DNA of 64,000 nt from Adineta vaga (Eukaryota; Animalia; Rotifera), in NCBI GenBank assembly GCA_021613535.1, contig CP075493.1, positions 4,030,001 through 4,094,000 on the forward strand, written 5' to 3'. The notes beneath the pieces are model-generated. The model was not told the origin of the DNA. It did no database searches and saw only the letters and a list, made by a program, of their open reading frames with translations. The translations under genes were made by a program, and so were the position numbers. Positions 23,961 through 37,384 of the stretch are shown here, one piece after another. The first letter of the stretch is position 1, and every line of letters starts with the position of its first letter.

Positions 23961-26220
23961 ATGCCAATTACTACGACCATTTTTTTTCATCTTTTGCTCG
24001 TTTTTCTGACATTTTCATTGTCACATGAATCTAATAGATAATTGTCGTTTTAAAGAAATATCAAGTGCTTGATTTTTATTCACAACTACTGGTACCAATT
24101 CTGACATTTCCGAGCCTATTCAACCCTCATCAGATGTTACTTCTGTCTGTAAGAATTTACAATGGAAAATGATCATACAATGATTCAATAGGAGACTGGT
24201 TTCTATATTTCTGTCGACGTTATTCGGATCGTAAGTGTACATGTCCAACTGATGTTGGAATTAGTTATTGTATTACCGGCAGGTTTTCGCAAATATTTTC
24301 TCCATTGTAACTAATATGTATTGCATTAGAAAAGTATGTGTATCTCAGAAGTACAGGTACATTTAATCATACTTATGTCATTAATATTCGAACCAAATCA
24401 AACACTTTATATTATCTTGACTTTTATTTCTATCTTACAAAAACAAATATTAATATTTCAATAAGCTTTGTTTGGAGTATAGATACAGAAAGGAAAATCA
24501 TTGTTGAAATAATACCGCAACTACATAATGGATGGCAGCATTGTAGAACTAGTTATAGCAGTCTATTGTTTGAAAACTATCGGGTATGCTATTTATGCAT
24601 TGCTTACTGTTTGAGATTAGAATTTTACATAGATTTCACTATGACAACAACTGATTTAGAAGTTATCTACTGATTCCGCCATGTATTGAAGATTGATACT
24701 GTTAACAGATTTTCTTCTGTTTAGACAATAACTGCAACGGTGCATTCCACTCGAACATGTTCCCTATCAACAGATTTCACCAGTGTTGCGACAAATGAGT
24801 GAGAAAAGTTCGGTTCTAAAAACTTAATACTGTTTCGTGGGTGTAGACGATTAGAATTCAGCGAGAAATCAGATAGATGGACTTTTATAGAAGTCATGAC
24901 AATGACAAGTGATTCTAAATCAACAACTGAAGTATCGTCGTAAGTATTATTGTGTAACATCTCTAGATCGAATTGCATGTGATTTTTTCCTATTTTACTG
25001 ATAGAACAACGACAGTTCTCACCAGTAATTCTCCATTTATGGATACCACGCAAACGATTGACGAGATCGAAATCTCAAAAGTTGAGCCTGTTCATCAAAC
25101 ATTTTATTGTCACTTTACCACCACCCTATGTTTTCAGAATACTGATATCATCCTTACCAATGGTACTGAACTACCTCTCCTAGACATTTCAGAACCTCCA
25201 CGAGCACCTCTTTCCGATGCCACTTCTGTCAGTAAGTATTCATCTTCTTCTCTTTCACTCTCGACACTAACATCACTAACATCTCTTACAGATCGACCAA
25301 CAATCAACAACTACAAATGTAATCTACCCTATCAACTCTCCATCGAAAACAGTACCAACACAACTGATTGGAATATATGGTTTTGTTACAACAATCAATG
25401 TCCAACAGATATAGATCCATCTGAATCAAACAAAACTATTAGTACTTCAATCAGTCCAACTGGAGTGATGCGCAGTTTGAATGGAGAACATTGTATTCGA
25501 TATTATTTTTATTTGACTGTCTATGATGTTATTGATTGGGATCAACAAATATCAATATGAGCGACGTCTGACGAAATGACAGAAAATCGATGGTATGAAC
25601 GAAACAAAATATTTATTTCACCATCCACAAACTATACGGTGAGATCTTTTGAAGGTTAGAAATTACAAGTTTATGGATTGAATTTTTGCATAGTTGTGAT
25701 TTTTATTTGAAGTTGTGAATATGAGTGAAATACAAGAGTCTGTACGAGGCAAAGTTTTATCTATTTTAGCTTAGATAATACTGAGCTTTATAGATGTAAT
25801 TCTTCATGTAAATAAATTTTGACCAATAGAGGGTTGCTGTTTGAAATTTTTCAGATTCTATCCATTTGTCAACTATCTTAACAATCACAAATTCGACGCA
25901 GTCAACAACAACAGTAATTTAATTAAAATTAACCGAAAAACTTAATGTTTCATGTGAGAGAAAATATGCTCGATAAATATCTTGAAATACATTTTCTAAA
26001 ATATTTAGTTGAAAACAATGATTTTAGTATGATTTTGAGTCCTTCAATTGGATGCAGTGCTACAGTTTTCCTACTGATAATCGGTATGGTAGTATTTTAT
26101 CGGAGAAAAGTCAAACGTTCTCGTCATCATGAAAAGATTAGAGATCATTTCGATATATCAATGGAATTATTCGATACGAATTCAGACACCAATACTTATC
26201 AGAATACAAATGGATTCTAG
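23961..26220 (+). pseudogene. decayed third copy of the MAM-like/mucin membrane protein
   Basis: Same exon order as 27172-30479 (PIQPSSDVTS, LDFYFY, WQHCRT, FCxFTTTLCFQNTD..., TM and tail) but with stops (e.g. TGG>TGA at 25558-25560) and internal deletions. Confidence 0.75.
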
Positions 26221-27171
26221 ATTAATTCGAACTTTTAAAACACGACAGACACTATGCTTGTTTAACATCGCGATGTTGTGCTCTATAATTATGTATAAGA
26301 CTGATGTAATAAACGAGAATGATCAACTGACAACAATCAAATTTCATCAGACAAAGCACATATACATTGTTTATTTTCATAACAGTGAAGATAACAGCTC
26401 TTGCACTAACAGTACGATTCGAAAACTGATGTGTTCTATAAAGAATACGGAATTTTAGAGATGCCTAGAAACTTTTTACCCTGGAGAAACTTGTATAAAC
26501 TCGAATCAAATGAAAAAATTTCTTTTTTAATGTTGAAACATACAACTGTTAAAAAATGGCGTAGGTCCCGAAAATATTGCACAACAATATCGTTTCAATA
26601 ACAAATAACAAGATAGATAACAAAATAAACCGATGATTCATCTTGGTACTCATAAAGTTGAATATTTAAGCTGCTTTCGAAACAAAAAGTCTTCTAAAAC
26701 TAATAGATGACGTCAAACAACTGATAGCTGTTTCTAAAAGAATTCAGAAAGAACATCTTCTCTTAGATTCATGAAATAACGTAAATAAATCTCACATTTA
26801 TAAATACTACATAAATAAAGATTGTTTCATCTGTGCGATTCTTTCGACAACAGTTCTTATGTTACGATGTCATCACACGTATTTGAAGCTTATCTGAATG
26901 AAATGAATCATATTATCTTCCAACACTCAGTGTTTTTCTTGTTCTTCCAAATTGTAGAAAATGATAAGCAAAGATCTACTTCACTCTTTCGATATGTACG
27001 TAACAAAAACTAGATAAGCCATGTAATGTCAGTGTTTATCAAATGAAAATGACACAAGAGAAAATATAATATTTTATTATTCTTTCGAACAAATATTTCT
27101 TGCGTGCTTTATTTCAAATTTATTTTCACTAACCTCTTCTTTTTTTCAGAAAAACGACATATCTGTTCATC

Positions 27172-30100
27172 ATGCATCGTCTTCAATACATTATCACTGG
27201 TTTGTACATTCACCAAAAACCTTTATTTTCATCTTTTCTATCTCTTACAGTTCTTTTTCACCTATGCATATTTTGTCGATCTCAAACAATCAACTTTCAG
27301 TGCGACTTTGATACCAATCTGCTTGGAGACTGTCTGTTCGCAAAAACAACCGGTGGTCCTACAATGCTTGCAGATCCAGGCGCCTTTCCCTCCAGTTCAA
27401 ATCCAAAACAACCTATTTCAGATGTCAAAGCGACTCGTCAGTAGACCTCTCTTCACCATAGCAAACAATAAGTCTCTTCGATTATCGATTTTTTAGGATC
27501 GCTGACTATGCCCGACAACGAACCTTGCCAGCTTCCATATCTATATACACCTGGTAATTGGGATATGTACTTCTGTCGTCGTTTCCTTAACAATACATTT
27601 ACTTGTCCAACTCAATCTGGTACTGGTAGATGTGATGCAGGTGAGTTAAACTCATCACATTCATCATCTAACTCAAATATCGACTATCATCGATCTCTTG
27701 TCAATAGGGAAATATGGTCTAATACGAATACCAACTTCTGGTAAAGTTGATCACACATACACAGCTACTGTTCTACAAAGCTCAAGCACTGCTCAATGTT
27801 TTGATTTCTATTACTATGTCACTGACACATCAGAAAATGCTAAGATAGAAATGGCATGGGAAACAGATGAGAACTTAGATGAAATTGTCGTGGTACAAGC
27901 AGTTCCATCACAGAACAAGTGGCAACACAGTAGAACAACTTTCACACTTCCACCATCAACATCTTCATATAAAGTAAGAACAATGCTTATTGTTTCATGT
28001 TATGCATTACTGTTATTTCTTACTTCTGATGTTCTTCTAGATCAGTTTGAGAATCATGCGTGATACAGGAATGACAAATTTCTTTTTTGCCTTCGATGAG
28101 ATCAAGATTTCTGATGGAGCTTGCGGTAACGTTGATTGCATATAATGAATACATTGTTGTAGCTTTGTGATTGTTTTCTGGAACAGGCGACACGATCACG
28201 ACAACAACAACCACCACCACAGAGGAAACAACTACGACGACAACAACCACCACCACCACTGAGGAAACAACCACGACGACAACGACCATACCTGTCGAAC
28301 CAGACACAACAACAACGACAACAACAACCACCACCACCACAGAGGAAACAACTACGACGACAACGACCATACCTATCGAACCAGACACAACAACAACGAC
28401 AACAACAACCACCACCACAGAGGAAACAACTACGACGACAACAACAACCACCACCACTGAGGAAACAACCACGACGACAACGACCATACCTGTCGAACCA
28501 GACACAACAACAACGACAACAACAACCACCACCACCACAGAGGAAACAACTACGACGACAACGACCATACCTATCGAACCAGACACAACAACAACGACAA
28601 CAACAACCACCACCACAGAGGAAACAACTACGACGACAACAACCACTACCACCACCACCACAGAGGAAACAACTACGACGACAACGACCATACCTATCGA
28701 ACCAGACACAACAACCACTACCACCACCACCACAGAGGAAACAACTACGACGACAACGACCATACCTATCGAACCAGACACAACAACAACGACAACAACA
28801 ACCACCACCACAGAGGAAACAACTACGACGACAACAACCACTACCACCACCACCACAGAGGAAACAACCACGACGACAACGACCGTACCTGTAGACCCAG
28901 ACACAACAACTACGACGACAACGACCATACCTGTCGAACCAGACACAACAACAACGACGACAACAACCACCACCACAGAGGAAACAACTACGACGACAAC
29001 GACCATACCTGTAGACCCCGACACAACAACAACAACAACAACGACAACAACGACCATACCTGTCGAACCAGACACAACAACAACAACTACAACGACCATA
29101 CCTGTAGACCCCGACACAACAACAACAACAACAACGACAACAACGACCATACCTGTCGAACCAGACACAACAACAACAACTACAACAACCACCACAGAGG
29201 AAACAACAACGACAACCACAACAACAACAACAATCGAACCGCTTAGTCGACTTTTTTTCTGTGATTTTACCACAACTCTATGTTTTCAGAATACTGATAT
29301 CATCCTTACCAATGGTACTGAACTACCTCTCCTAGACATCTCAGAACCTCCACGAGCACCTCTTTCCGATGCCACTTCTGTCAGTAAGTATTCATCTTCT
29401 TCTCTTTCACTCTCGACACTAACATACACTAACATACACTAACATACACTAACATCTCTTACAGATCGACCAACAATCAACAATTACAAATGTAATCTAC
29501 CCTATCAACTCTCCATCGAAAACAGTACCAACACAACTGATTGGAATATGTGGTTTTGTTACAACAATCAATGTCCAACAGATATAGATCCATCATCTGA
29601 TTGTATGTCGGGTAACTATGGCTTAATGTTTCTTGATCCATCCGAATCAAACAAAAATATCAGTACTTCAATCAGTTCAAGTGGAATGATGCGGAGTTTG
29701 AGTGGAGAACATTGTGTTCGATATTATTATTATTTGACTGTCTATGATGGTATGGATTGGGGTCAACAAATATCAGTATGGGTGAAATCTGACGAAATGG
29801 CCAATGATGAAATGGAGATCGATCGAATCAGTGTTGATGAAATGACAGAAAATCGATGGTATGAACGAAACAAAACATTTACTTCACCATCAACAAACTA
29901 TACGGTGAGATCATTCGAATATTAGTAAAAACAATATATAATGAGTATTTGTTTGTATAGTTGATATATTCATTTGAAGTGATCAACAGTAGTAGTAATA
30001 ATAGTGAGTCAATACGAACAAAGACAATTTATTTTGCATTGGATGACATCGAGTTGTATAATCGAAAGTGTGATGGTGAGTATAGTCGAATGAAGGAAAA

Positions 30101-30479
30101 AAGCTATGATCTATTGATGAAATGTTTTAGACGCATTGGAATCAACTACAACGACGACCACCAGTTCAGTAACTACTTCAACTACTACAACATTAGGCGG
30201 TACTGACCCTCCATGTAAGTTGATTGTCTTGTTTTTACCATGTACGTAAATATTTTATTAATTTGTTCAGCAAAACCTGATAATTTGGGTCTTATTCTTG
30301 GTTTGTCTTTTGGTCTCGGCATTCCTGCTTTATTGATTTTAGTAATTGGCGGATACTGTTATTTGAAAAAAGACAGACATAGTCGATATGAGATGGACGG
30401 AGACGAAAGGAATCATATTCAATTGAAAACGACACGCTCTTCGGGTGCTAGTGACAATTTAACAAGATATATCTACTAA
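27172..30479 (+). CDS. type I membrane protein: signal peptide, MAM-like domain, long Thr-rich mucin stalk, second MAM-like domain, TM, short tail (copy A)
   Basis: FQCDFD, CFDFYYY, WQHSRTTF, FAFDEIKISDGAC and FCDF, CVRYYYY, FALDDIELYNRKC resemble MAM motifs; multiple short GT-AG introns; TM LGLILGLSFGLGIPALLILVIGGYCYL. Confidence 0.75.
28190..29235 (+). repeat. coding tandem repeat encoding a mucin stalk (TnEE / TnIP[VI][ED]PD modules)
   Basis: ACA/ACC/ACG arrays punctuated by GAGGAA and ATACCT(G/A)TCGAACCAGAC. Confidence 0.95.
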
Positions 30480-30923
30480 ATACTTTATTTTGCATATTAC
30501 AAGTGAATTGTTTATTTTTTCAATAATAAAATGTATCGTCACTATTTGATATAAACTTCTAAATAATTGATTATTTTTAGACAATATTGCACAGGCATAA
30601 TAGTTTGTATCAGAGAAAAGAATAGGATCAGTGAACCTTAGTAATATAATGTAGAAGTAACATTCTTTGATTCAACAAAGAGGAGAATTTTCTATTGTAA
30701 AATACGTCTCGAACGACAAGTGCATTGTCCATTGAACTTTAACTAGGTAAAAGCTTAAGTTATGACTTCATCAGTAGATTTGCAGGGAATTAAATCATTT
30801 CAAGGAAAATATGATTCACAATACAACTGAACAAAAATAATAACTTCTGTTTTATTTGCTAATACTTTCATAGGATAAATACAGTTGTATATGAGTTCGT
30901 ATTTGAGTATTTCGTTTTGCAAG

Positions 30924-31154
30924 TTAGTTTGTCGGATTGTTCGATGCTGTTTGTGATTGAGTAGCAGTTGCAACATTAATAGCATTTTTAGTTTTCTCTT
31001 CTACTCCTTGTTTATCTGTTGTCAAAGTCGTATTTTGATTCAAACTAGCCGCTTTCGATGCTTCTTCATTGTTATTGCTATTTGTCGTTTGTGCTGGAAC
31101 CCCATCAAAATTGTCACGGCCTGAGGATGGATGAAGCATATGTACTTTACCCAT
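30924..31154 (-). CDS. small hydrophilic protein (76 aa), MLHPxSGRxNF family member 1
   Basis: Shares MLHP[ST]SGR[DQ]NF..VP and E.KTK.AIN...QSQ with 31483-31674; TATA-like element ~31213-31220 and AATAAA at 30851-30856 on the minus strand. Confidence 0.65.
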   Translation of the reverse strand: MGKVHMLHPSSGRDNFDGVPAQTTNSNNNEEASKAASLNQNTTLTTDKQGVEEKTKNAINVATATQSQTASNNPTN

Positions 31155-31482
31155 TTGTTATCCCGTCAGTAATGTAAAACTATAATATTCAATCGAAATT
31201 AGATGAATTTCAATATATATTTCTTTTCAAATAGTATTTCGTGCAACGCAAGAAACAAAATATTGTTAGTAAATAAGAGTGTTGCATCTTGCACAACGAG
31301 TAAGCAAGAAAATAAATAAAAACAAGAACAATCACATGTTTTTTTTTATAAGAAAGAGAACGTGAAAGAAATCAGTTTTGTTTGCGACGCTGTTCCGTGC
31401 AAAAGAGAATAATGTGTAATTACAACACAATGTTCGATTTAAAAAAAAAAGAAGTCAATGATTTTAGGATAGTTATGTAGAA

Positions 31483-31674
31483 TTAATTTTTCTCTGAAGT
31501 CGTAGTATCACTGATTGATTGAGATTGAGCAACAGTATTAATAGCATCTTTTGTTTTTGTTTCAATTTCCAAAGGATTTAACCCTTGATCGTCTTTCTTC
31601 TCAGTCGTTGGTTTCTCCGGTACTAAGCAAAAGTTTTGACGTCCCGATGTCGGATGTAACATTTTCAACATCAT
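31483..31674 (-). CDS. small hydrophilic protein (63 aa), MLHPxSGRxNF family member 2
   Basis: Paralogous to 30924-31154 with protein-level conservation despite DNA divergence; TATTTATA ~75 nt upstream. Confidence 0.65.
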   Translation of the reverse strand: MMLKMLHPTSGRQNFCLVPEKPTTEKKDDQGLNPLEIETKTKDAINTVAQSQSISDTTTSEKN

Positions 31675-33043
31675 ATGTCTAAATACAGAAACTCGAAACT
31701 AACATTCATATGAACTATCTCCACTAAACATCTTACTTTCTACCTGACATATAAATACAATAAAATAAACTGCTGTAGAAAATTTTCTTTCTCTTGAATA
31801 TACTTCATCTACTTTCATACATCGCTTGATTGTGCAATGAAAATCGTAAGAATAGTAATGCAAAGCAATTTTTACGACACAGAGCACATTGTTGATTTAA
31901 ATCAAGAAATGAATCTATTTAATGAACAACTAAACATACATTATGATGATCAATCATTGATGTACATGAATCAAGTGAAAGTTCATAGGTATGAACGACA
32001 AGTTTCATTGAAAATATTGCCATAAGCACTTTTGAATTGAGGGAATACAGAAACGATCATCATAAAAATTCTGAAATGAGTTGAACTGATGGTTGAGAAG
32101 TAATAAAATGCTTAGAAAGTATTAACAATAGTTCAAAATTCCAAAAAAAAGTTCACTCTGATCATTGCTGTGAACCAAACGTGTAATCCGCAAGTGTAGA
32201 GACAAATTAGGATATAACTAGATAACTACAATTCGTGATAAATGATACTTGATAATACGTATACAAATTTTAGTTCCTGATGAATGATCATATTATAATA
32301 GTATTGTGTTCAGATATTCGCTACGTATTTCACAGAAACAATTTTCTAAATTGGGATATTCTTTAACGTAAATGATGAACATTCATAAAACGAATATGGC
32401 ACACATTTGTTCATTTTCTGACATTCTATAAAGTAACTGGGAAAAAATAATACTTTGCAATTTATTTTATTTAAATTAATACAAAAGTCTTGAACTACTT
32501 CAATGTGATATCATACTTCAATACAGCATATAAAACACCTTTGCATTCTCTTCATATTGGCATAGAACAGTTTTGTTATCTATGCTTATCCAAGACATAA
32601 GTTGTTCTATTTTTCAGATAGATTAGTACTCAAACATTCTCTTCTAGAACATGATTTTGTGTTCAATAATTCTAAGAAATTTAATTTCTCACAATTGGAC
32701 GAGTTTTAGATTGTTATTAGTTAGTTTTAATATAATTTTCACAGATTATGCCTAGCAAACAAAACAACATTAAAATATACACTGAATATTTCTTATTTTT
32801 TGTTATATTTGCATTACGCACGTATTGCATGTGCTGACGTGAGATGAAGATAGGTGATAAAATTTTGACTCTTATCAAAGCAAATCTATACTAAACATAA
32901 TAATTTTCTTTCTTTTGAAAGTAACAAGTGCATTCTATCGACATTATCTTAAAATGTCGTCGAGATATTCTTCGAAATATTCTCTTCAGCTCTAATTTTA
33001 GTGATTTCTACTTTGTTTTAGACAATACACAAATTTAATCATC

Positions 33044-35892
33044 ATGCATTGTCTTCAATACATTATCACTGGTTTGTACATTCACCAAAAACCTTTATTT
33101 TCATCTTTTCTATCTCTTACAGTTCTTTTTCACCTATGCATATTTTGTCGATCTCAAACAATCAACTTTCAGTGCGACTTTGATACCAATCTAAATGGAG
33201 ACTGTCTGTTCACAAAAACAACAGGTGGTCCTACAATAACTGCAGATCCAGGCAACTTTCCCTCCAGTACAGATCCAAAACAACCTATTTCAGATGTCAA
33301 AGCGACTCGTCAGTACACCTCTCTTCACCATAGCAAACAATGAGTCTCTTCGATTATCGATTTTTTAGGATCGCTGACTATGCCCGACAACGAACCTTGC
33401 CAGCTTCCATATCTATATACACCTGGTAATTGGGATATGTACTTCTGTCGTCGTTTCCCTAACAATACATACACTTGTCCAACTCAATCTGGTAGTGGTA
33501 GATGTGATGCAGGTGAGTTAAGCTCATCACATTCATCATCTAACTCAAATATCGACTATCATCGATCTCTTGTCAATAGGGAAATATGGTCTAATACGAA
33601 TACCAACTTCTGGTAAAGTTGATCACACATACACAGCTACTGTTCTACAAAGCTCAAGCACTGCTCAATGTTTTGATTTCTATTACTATGTCACTGACAC
33701 ATCAGAAAATGCTAAGATAGAAATGGCATGGGAAACAGATGAGAACTTAGATGAAATTGTCGTGGTACAAGCAGTTCCATCACAGAACAAGTGGCAACAC
33801 AGTAGAACAACTTTCACACTTCCACCATCAACATCTTCATATAAAGTAAGAACAATGCTTCTTGTTTCATGTTATGTATTCTTGTTATTTCGTACTTCTG
33901 ATGTTCTTTTAGATCAGTTTGAGAATCATGCGTGATACAGGAATGACAAATTTCTTTTTTGCGTTTGATGAAATCAAGATTTCTGATGGAGCTTGCGGTA
34001 ACGTTGATTGCATATAATGAATAGATTGTTGTAGCTTTGTGATTGTTTTCTGAAACAGGTGACACGATCACGACAACAACAACCACCACCACAGAGGAAA
34101 CAACTACGATGACAACAACCACCACCACCACCACTGAGGAAACAACCACGACGACAACGACCATACCTGTAGATCCAGACACAACAACAACGACAACAAC
34201 CACCACCACAGAGGAAACAACCACGACGACAACGACCATACCTGTAGATCCAGACACAACAACGACAGTAACAACCCCCACCACAGAGGAAACAACTACG
34301 ACGACAATGACCATACCTGTAGACCCAGACACAACAACAACGACAACAACCACTACCACAGAGGAAACAACTACGACGACAACCGCCACGACAGAGAAAA
34401 TAACTACGACTCTACCGATAGAACCCGATACGACGGCAACGACCATACCTGTCGAACCAGACACAACCACACAGGAAACAACTACAACCCAACCGGTAGA
34501 ACCTGTCACAACGTCAACACCAAAACAAACTACTAATTCCTTTGTACCAGAAACAACAACAACTGCTCCACCTACAACGACTACAACCACAACAACAACA
34601 ACAACAATCCAACCGCTTAGTCGACTATTTTTCTGTGATTTTACCACAACTCTATGTTTTCAGAATACTGATATCATCCTTACCAATGGTACTGAACTAC
34701 CTCTCCTAGACGTTTCTGAACCTCCACGAGCACCTCTTTCCGATGCCACTTCTGTCAGTAAGTATTCATCTTCTTCTCTTTCACTCTCGACACTAACATA
34801 CACTAACATACACTAACATACACTAACATCTCTTACAGATCGACCAACAATCAACAATTACAAATGTAATCTACCCTATCAGCTCTCCATCGAAAACAGT
34901 ACCAACACAACTGATTGGAATATGTGGTTTTGTTACAACAATCAATGTCCAACAGATATAGATCCATCATCTGATTGTATGTCGGGTAACTATGGCTTAA
35001 TGTTTCTTGATCCATCCGAATCAAACAAAAATATCAGTACTTCAATCAGTTCAAGTGGAATGATGCGCAGTTTGAATGGAGAACATTGTGTTCGATATTA
35101 TTATTATTTGACTGTCTATGATGGTATGGATTGGGGTCAACAAATATCGGTATGGGTGAAATCTGACGAAATGGCCAATGATGAAATGGAGATCGATCGA
35201 ATCAGTGTTGATGAAATGACAGAAAATCGATGGTATGAACGAAACAAAACATTTACTTCACCATCAACAAACTATACGGTGAGATCATTCGAATTTTAGT
35301 AAAAACAATATATAATGAGTATTTGTTTGTATAGTTGATATATTCATTTGAAGTGATCAACAGTAGTAGTAATAATAGTGAGTCAATACGAACAAAGACA
35401 ATTTATTTTGCATTGGATGACATCGAGTTGTATAATCGAAAGTGTGATGGTGAGTATAGTCGAATGAAGGAAAAAAGCTATGATCTATTGATGAAATGTT
35501 TTAGACGCATTGGAATCAACTACAACGACGACCACCAGTTCAGTAACTACTTCAACTACTACAAAAATTATAACATCCACATCCTCTACGTCAAACACAA
35601 CAGAAACCGATCCTGGCTCATCATGTAAGTTATGAAATGTATTGTAGATTAGTATTCAGAGCTTGATATAATTTGTTTAGCAAAACCTACAAATTTAGCT
35701 CTGATTCTGTCTCTTGCTATTGGTATTCCAGTTTTACTTGCTGTTATCGGTGCTGTAGCGTACTATTGCATCAAAATTAGACCTAAACCTAAAGTATTGG
35801 TTAGAAGTGACACTCAACCTACAGACATTCCATTGGTACAAACGAAGAGTTCGACGGATAACAATACAACGGTATCAGCTTTAGTAGCTTAA
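33044..35892 (+). CDS. MAM-like/mucin type I membrane protein (copy B)
   Basis: Near-identical to copy A from the ATG to ~35560 apart from a shorter stalk; different TM/tail exon ending ...NTTVSALVA*. Confidence 0.75.
34060..34610 (+). repeat. coding mucin tandem repeat, shorter and more degenerate than in copy A
   Basis: Same modules as 28190-29235, degenerating towards the 3' end. Confidence 0.9.
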
Positions 35893-36096
35893 GTGTATTG
35901 GAAAATGCTTTTCTTTAATCATAATAAATGAGTGATTGAAATAATCGATGTTATTCTTAATCATGTAATTTCGAATCTGTTTGATAATTGTGTTACAAAC
36001 TTCAGAAATCTTTCGAATAATACGATGATCAATTTTAGATAAAAGGATGCTTTGACTTCAATAAAATCCTTAACAGAATCTTTTATTGTTTACCAT

Positions 36097-36850
36097 CTAG
36101 TTGCTTTTGACTAGAATTTTTCTCACTTCTCCCATAAATGTCTTCGATACCAATAGATTCGTAGAAAAACTCACACAAAACGGTACATGTACACTAATAG
36201 TCGAAACACCCATAATAAAATCTTCAATAATGATCAATCTTCTAGTTTTCATCTGATATTGAGTTAATTGTTTGTAAAGAAGTACACTAGGATGTGTAAA
36301 ATCGAATATAATACAAATAAGAATTTCTGCTAATATCATACGAACAAGTTGTCGGTCTTTTCGATGAAAAAGTTGACAACCGTTTCGTGCTCTTTAACGT
36401 TATATACAATAATAATGGAATCATTCTATTGACTAATAATGTATAATAGCTCACTAGAACCGTATATAAACCCGATTTGAAATAACATCTCGGATAGTTT
36501 AGAGCATATTCTATAATATCTGTATATAATAATGCATGAATATGAAAGATTATCCAAAATAAAGTGATGAAAATAATACATTTCCATGTGAAATATCAAT
36601 TGCTCCAATGGCGTATTCGAACATTTACAGAAGTAATAAAAACGCAATCTATCGATGCTAGAATAAGATACAACCGCTGGCAGTAAAGATAAATAGAGTA
36701 AGAGAAAACTGCTTGTATTAAATGCAATTAAACAGATTGAACATGGATTTTTACGTAAACTTCGTTGATTGAAGATGATTATATTGAATATACATCTAAC
36801 AGTACCAATAAACATTAAGATAGGACCACCATAATAATATAAATTCTTTT
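36097..36850 (-). pseudogene. decayed rhodopsin-like GPCR
   Basis: YGGPILMFIG...LRKNPCSICL, SIDR, RKDRQLVRMILAE, VPFCVSF...LVSKTF fragments in shifting frames; TM2-TM3 region truncated. Confidence 0.7.
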
Positions 36851-37384
36851 TTTCCTTCTTTTTAGTCGATAAATAGATATGATAATAAAGTCGAAGAAGG
36901 GAAAGTATTTGATAATGTTGTCTCTGGTTTTCTAGAAGAAAAGCACAACGAGCCAGAATCATTAACTCTACTAAAATATTATATGTTTTCTATGTCCGAC
37001 AAATACTTTGCACCTGACTATCGTAATAACTTCTGAGCACTCTTATCAATATTGATAATTAATGGAGTATATCTTCTCAAATTTCTTAGCAAACTTCTCT
37101 ATACACTGTCAATTTATTATCTAGTTGAAATAAAATAAAAGAATTGAGCACTATATTTTTTCTCCTACTTATTTTCACAACTGAAAGAATTAATGAAAAT
37201 CATAATTATAATTGAACCATAAAATTAGCTTTCCTCTTTAAAAGAAAGCTCTATGTTTTTTATTACTGGATTGAATGTTGCCGAACGTTGTTCAATACTA
37301 ATATCTCTTTCGCACTATTTTATTCCTTTTTTTATTATAATATAGAATAACATATACAGAAACGATTGAAACAAAATAGTTTAT

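Noticed and set aside
28020-29273. 417-aa poly-Val ORF on the minus strand (and 33814-34647)
   Set aside because: Antisense shadow of the Thr-rich ACN repeat
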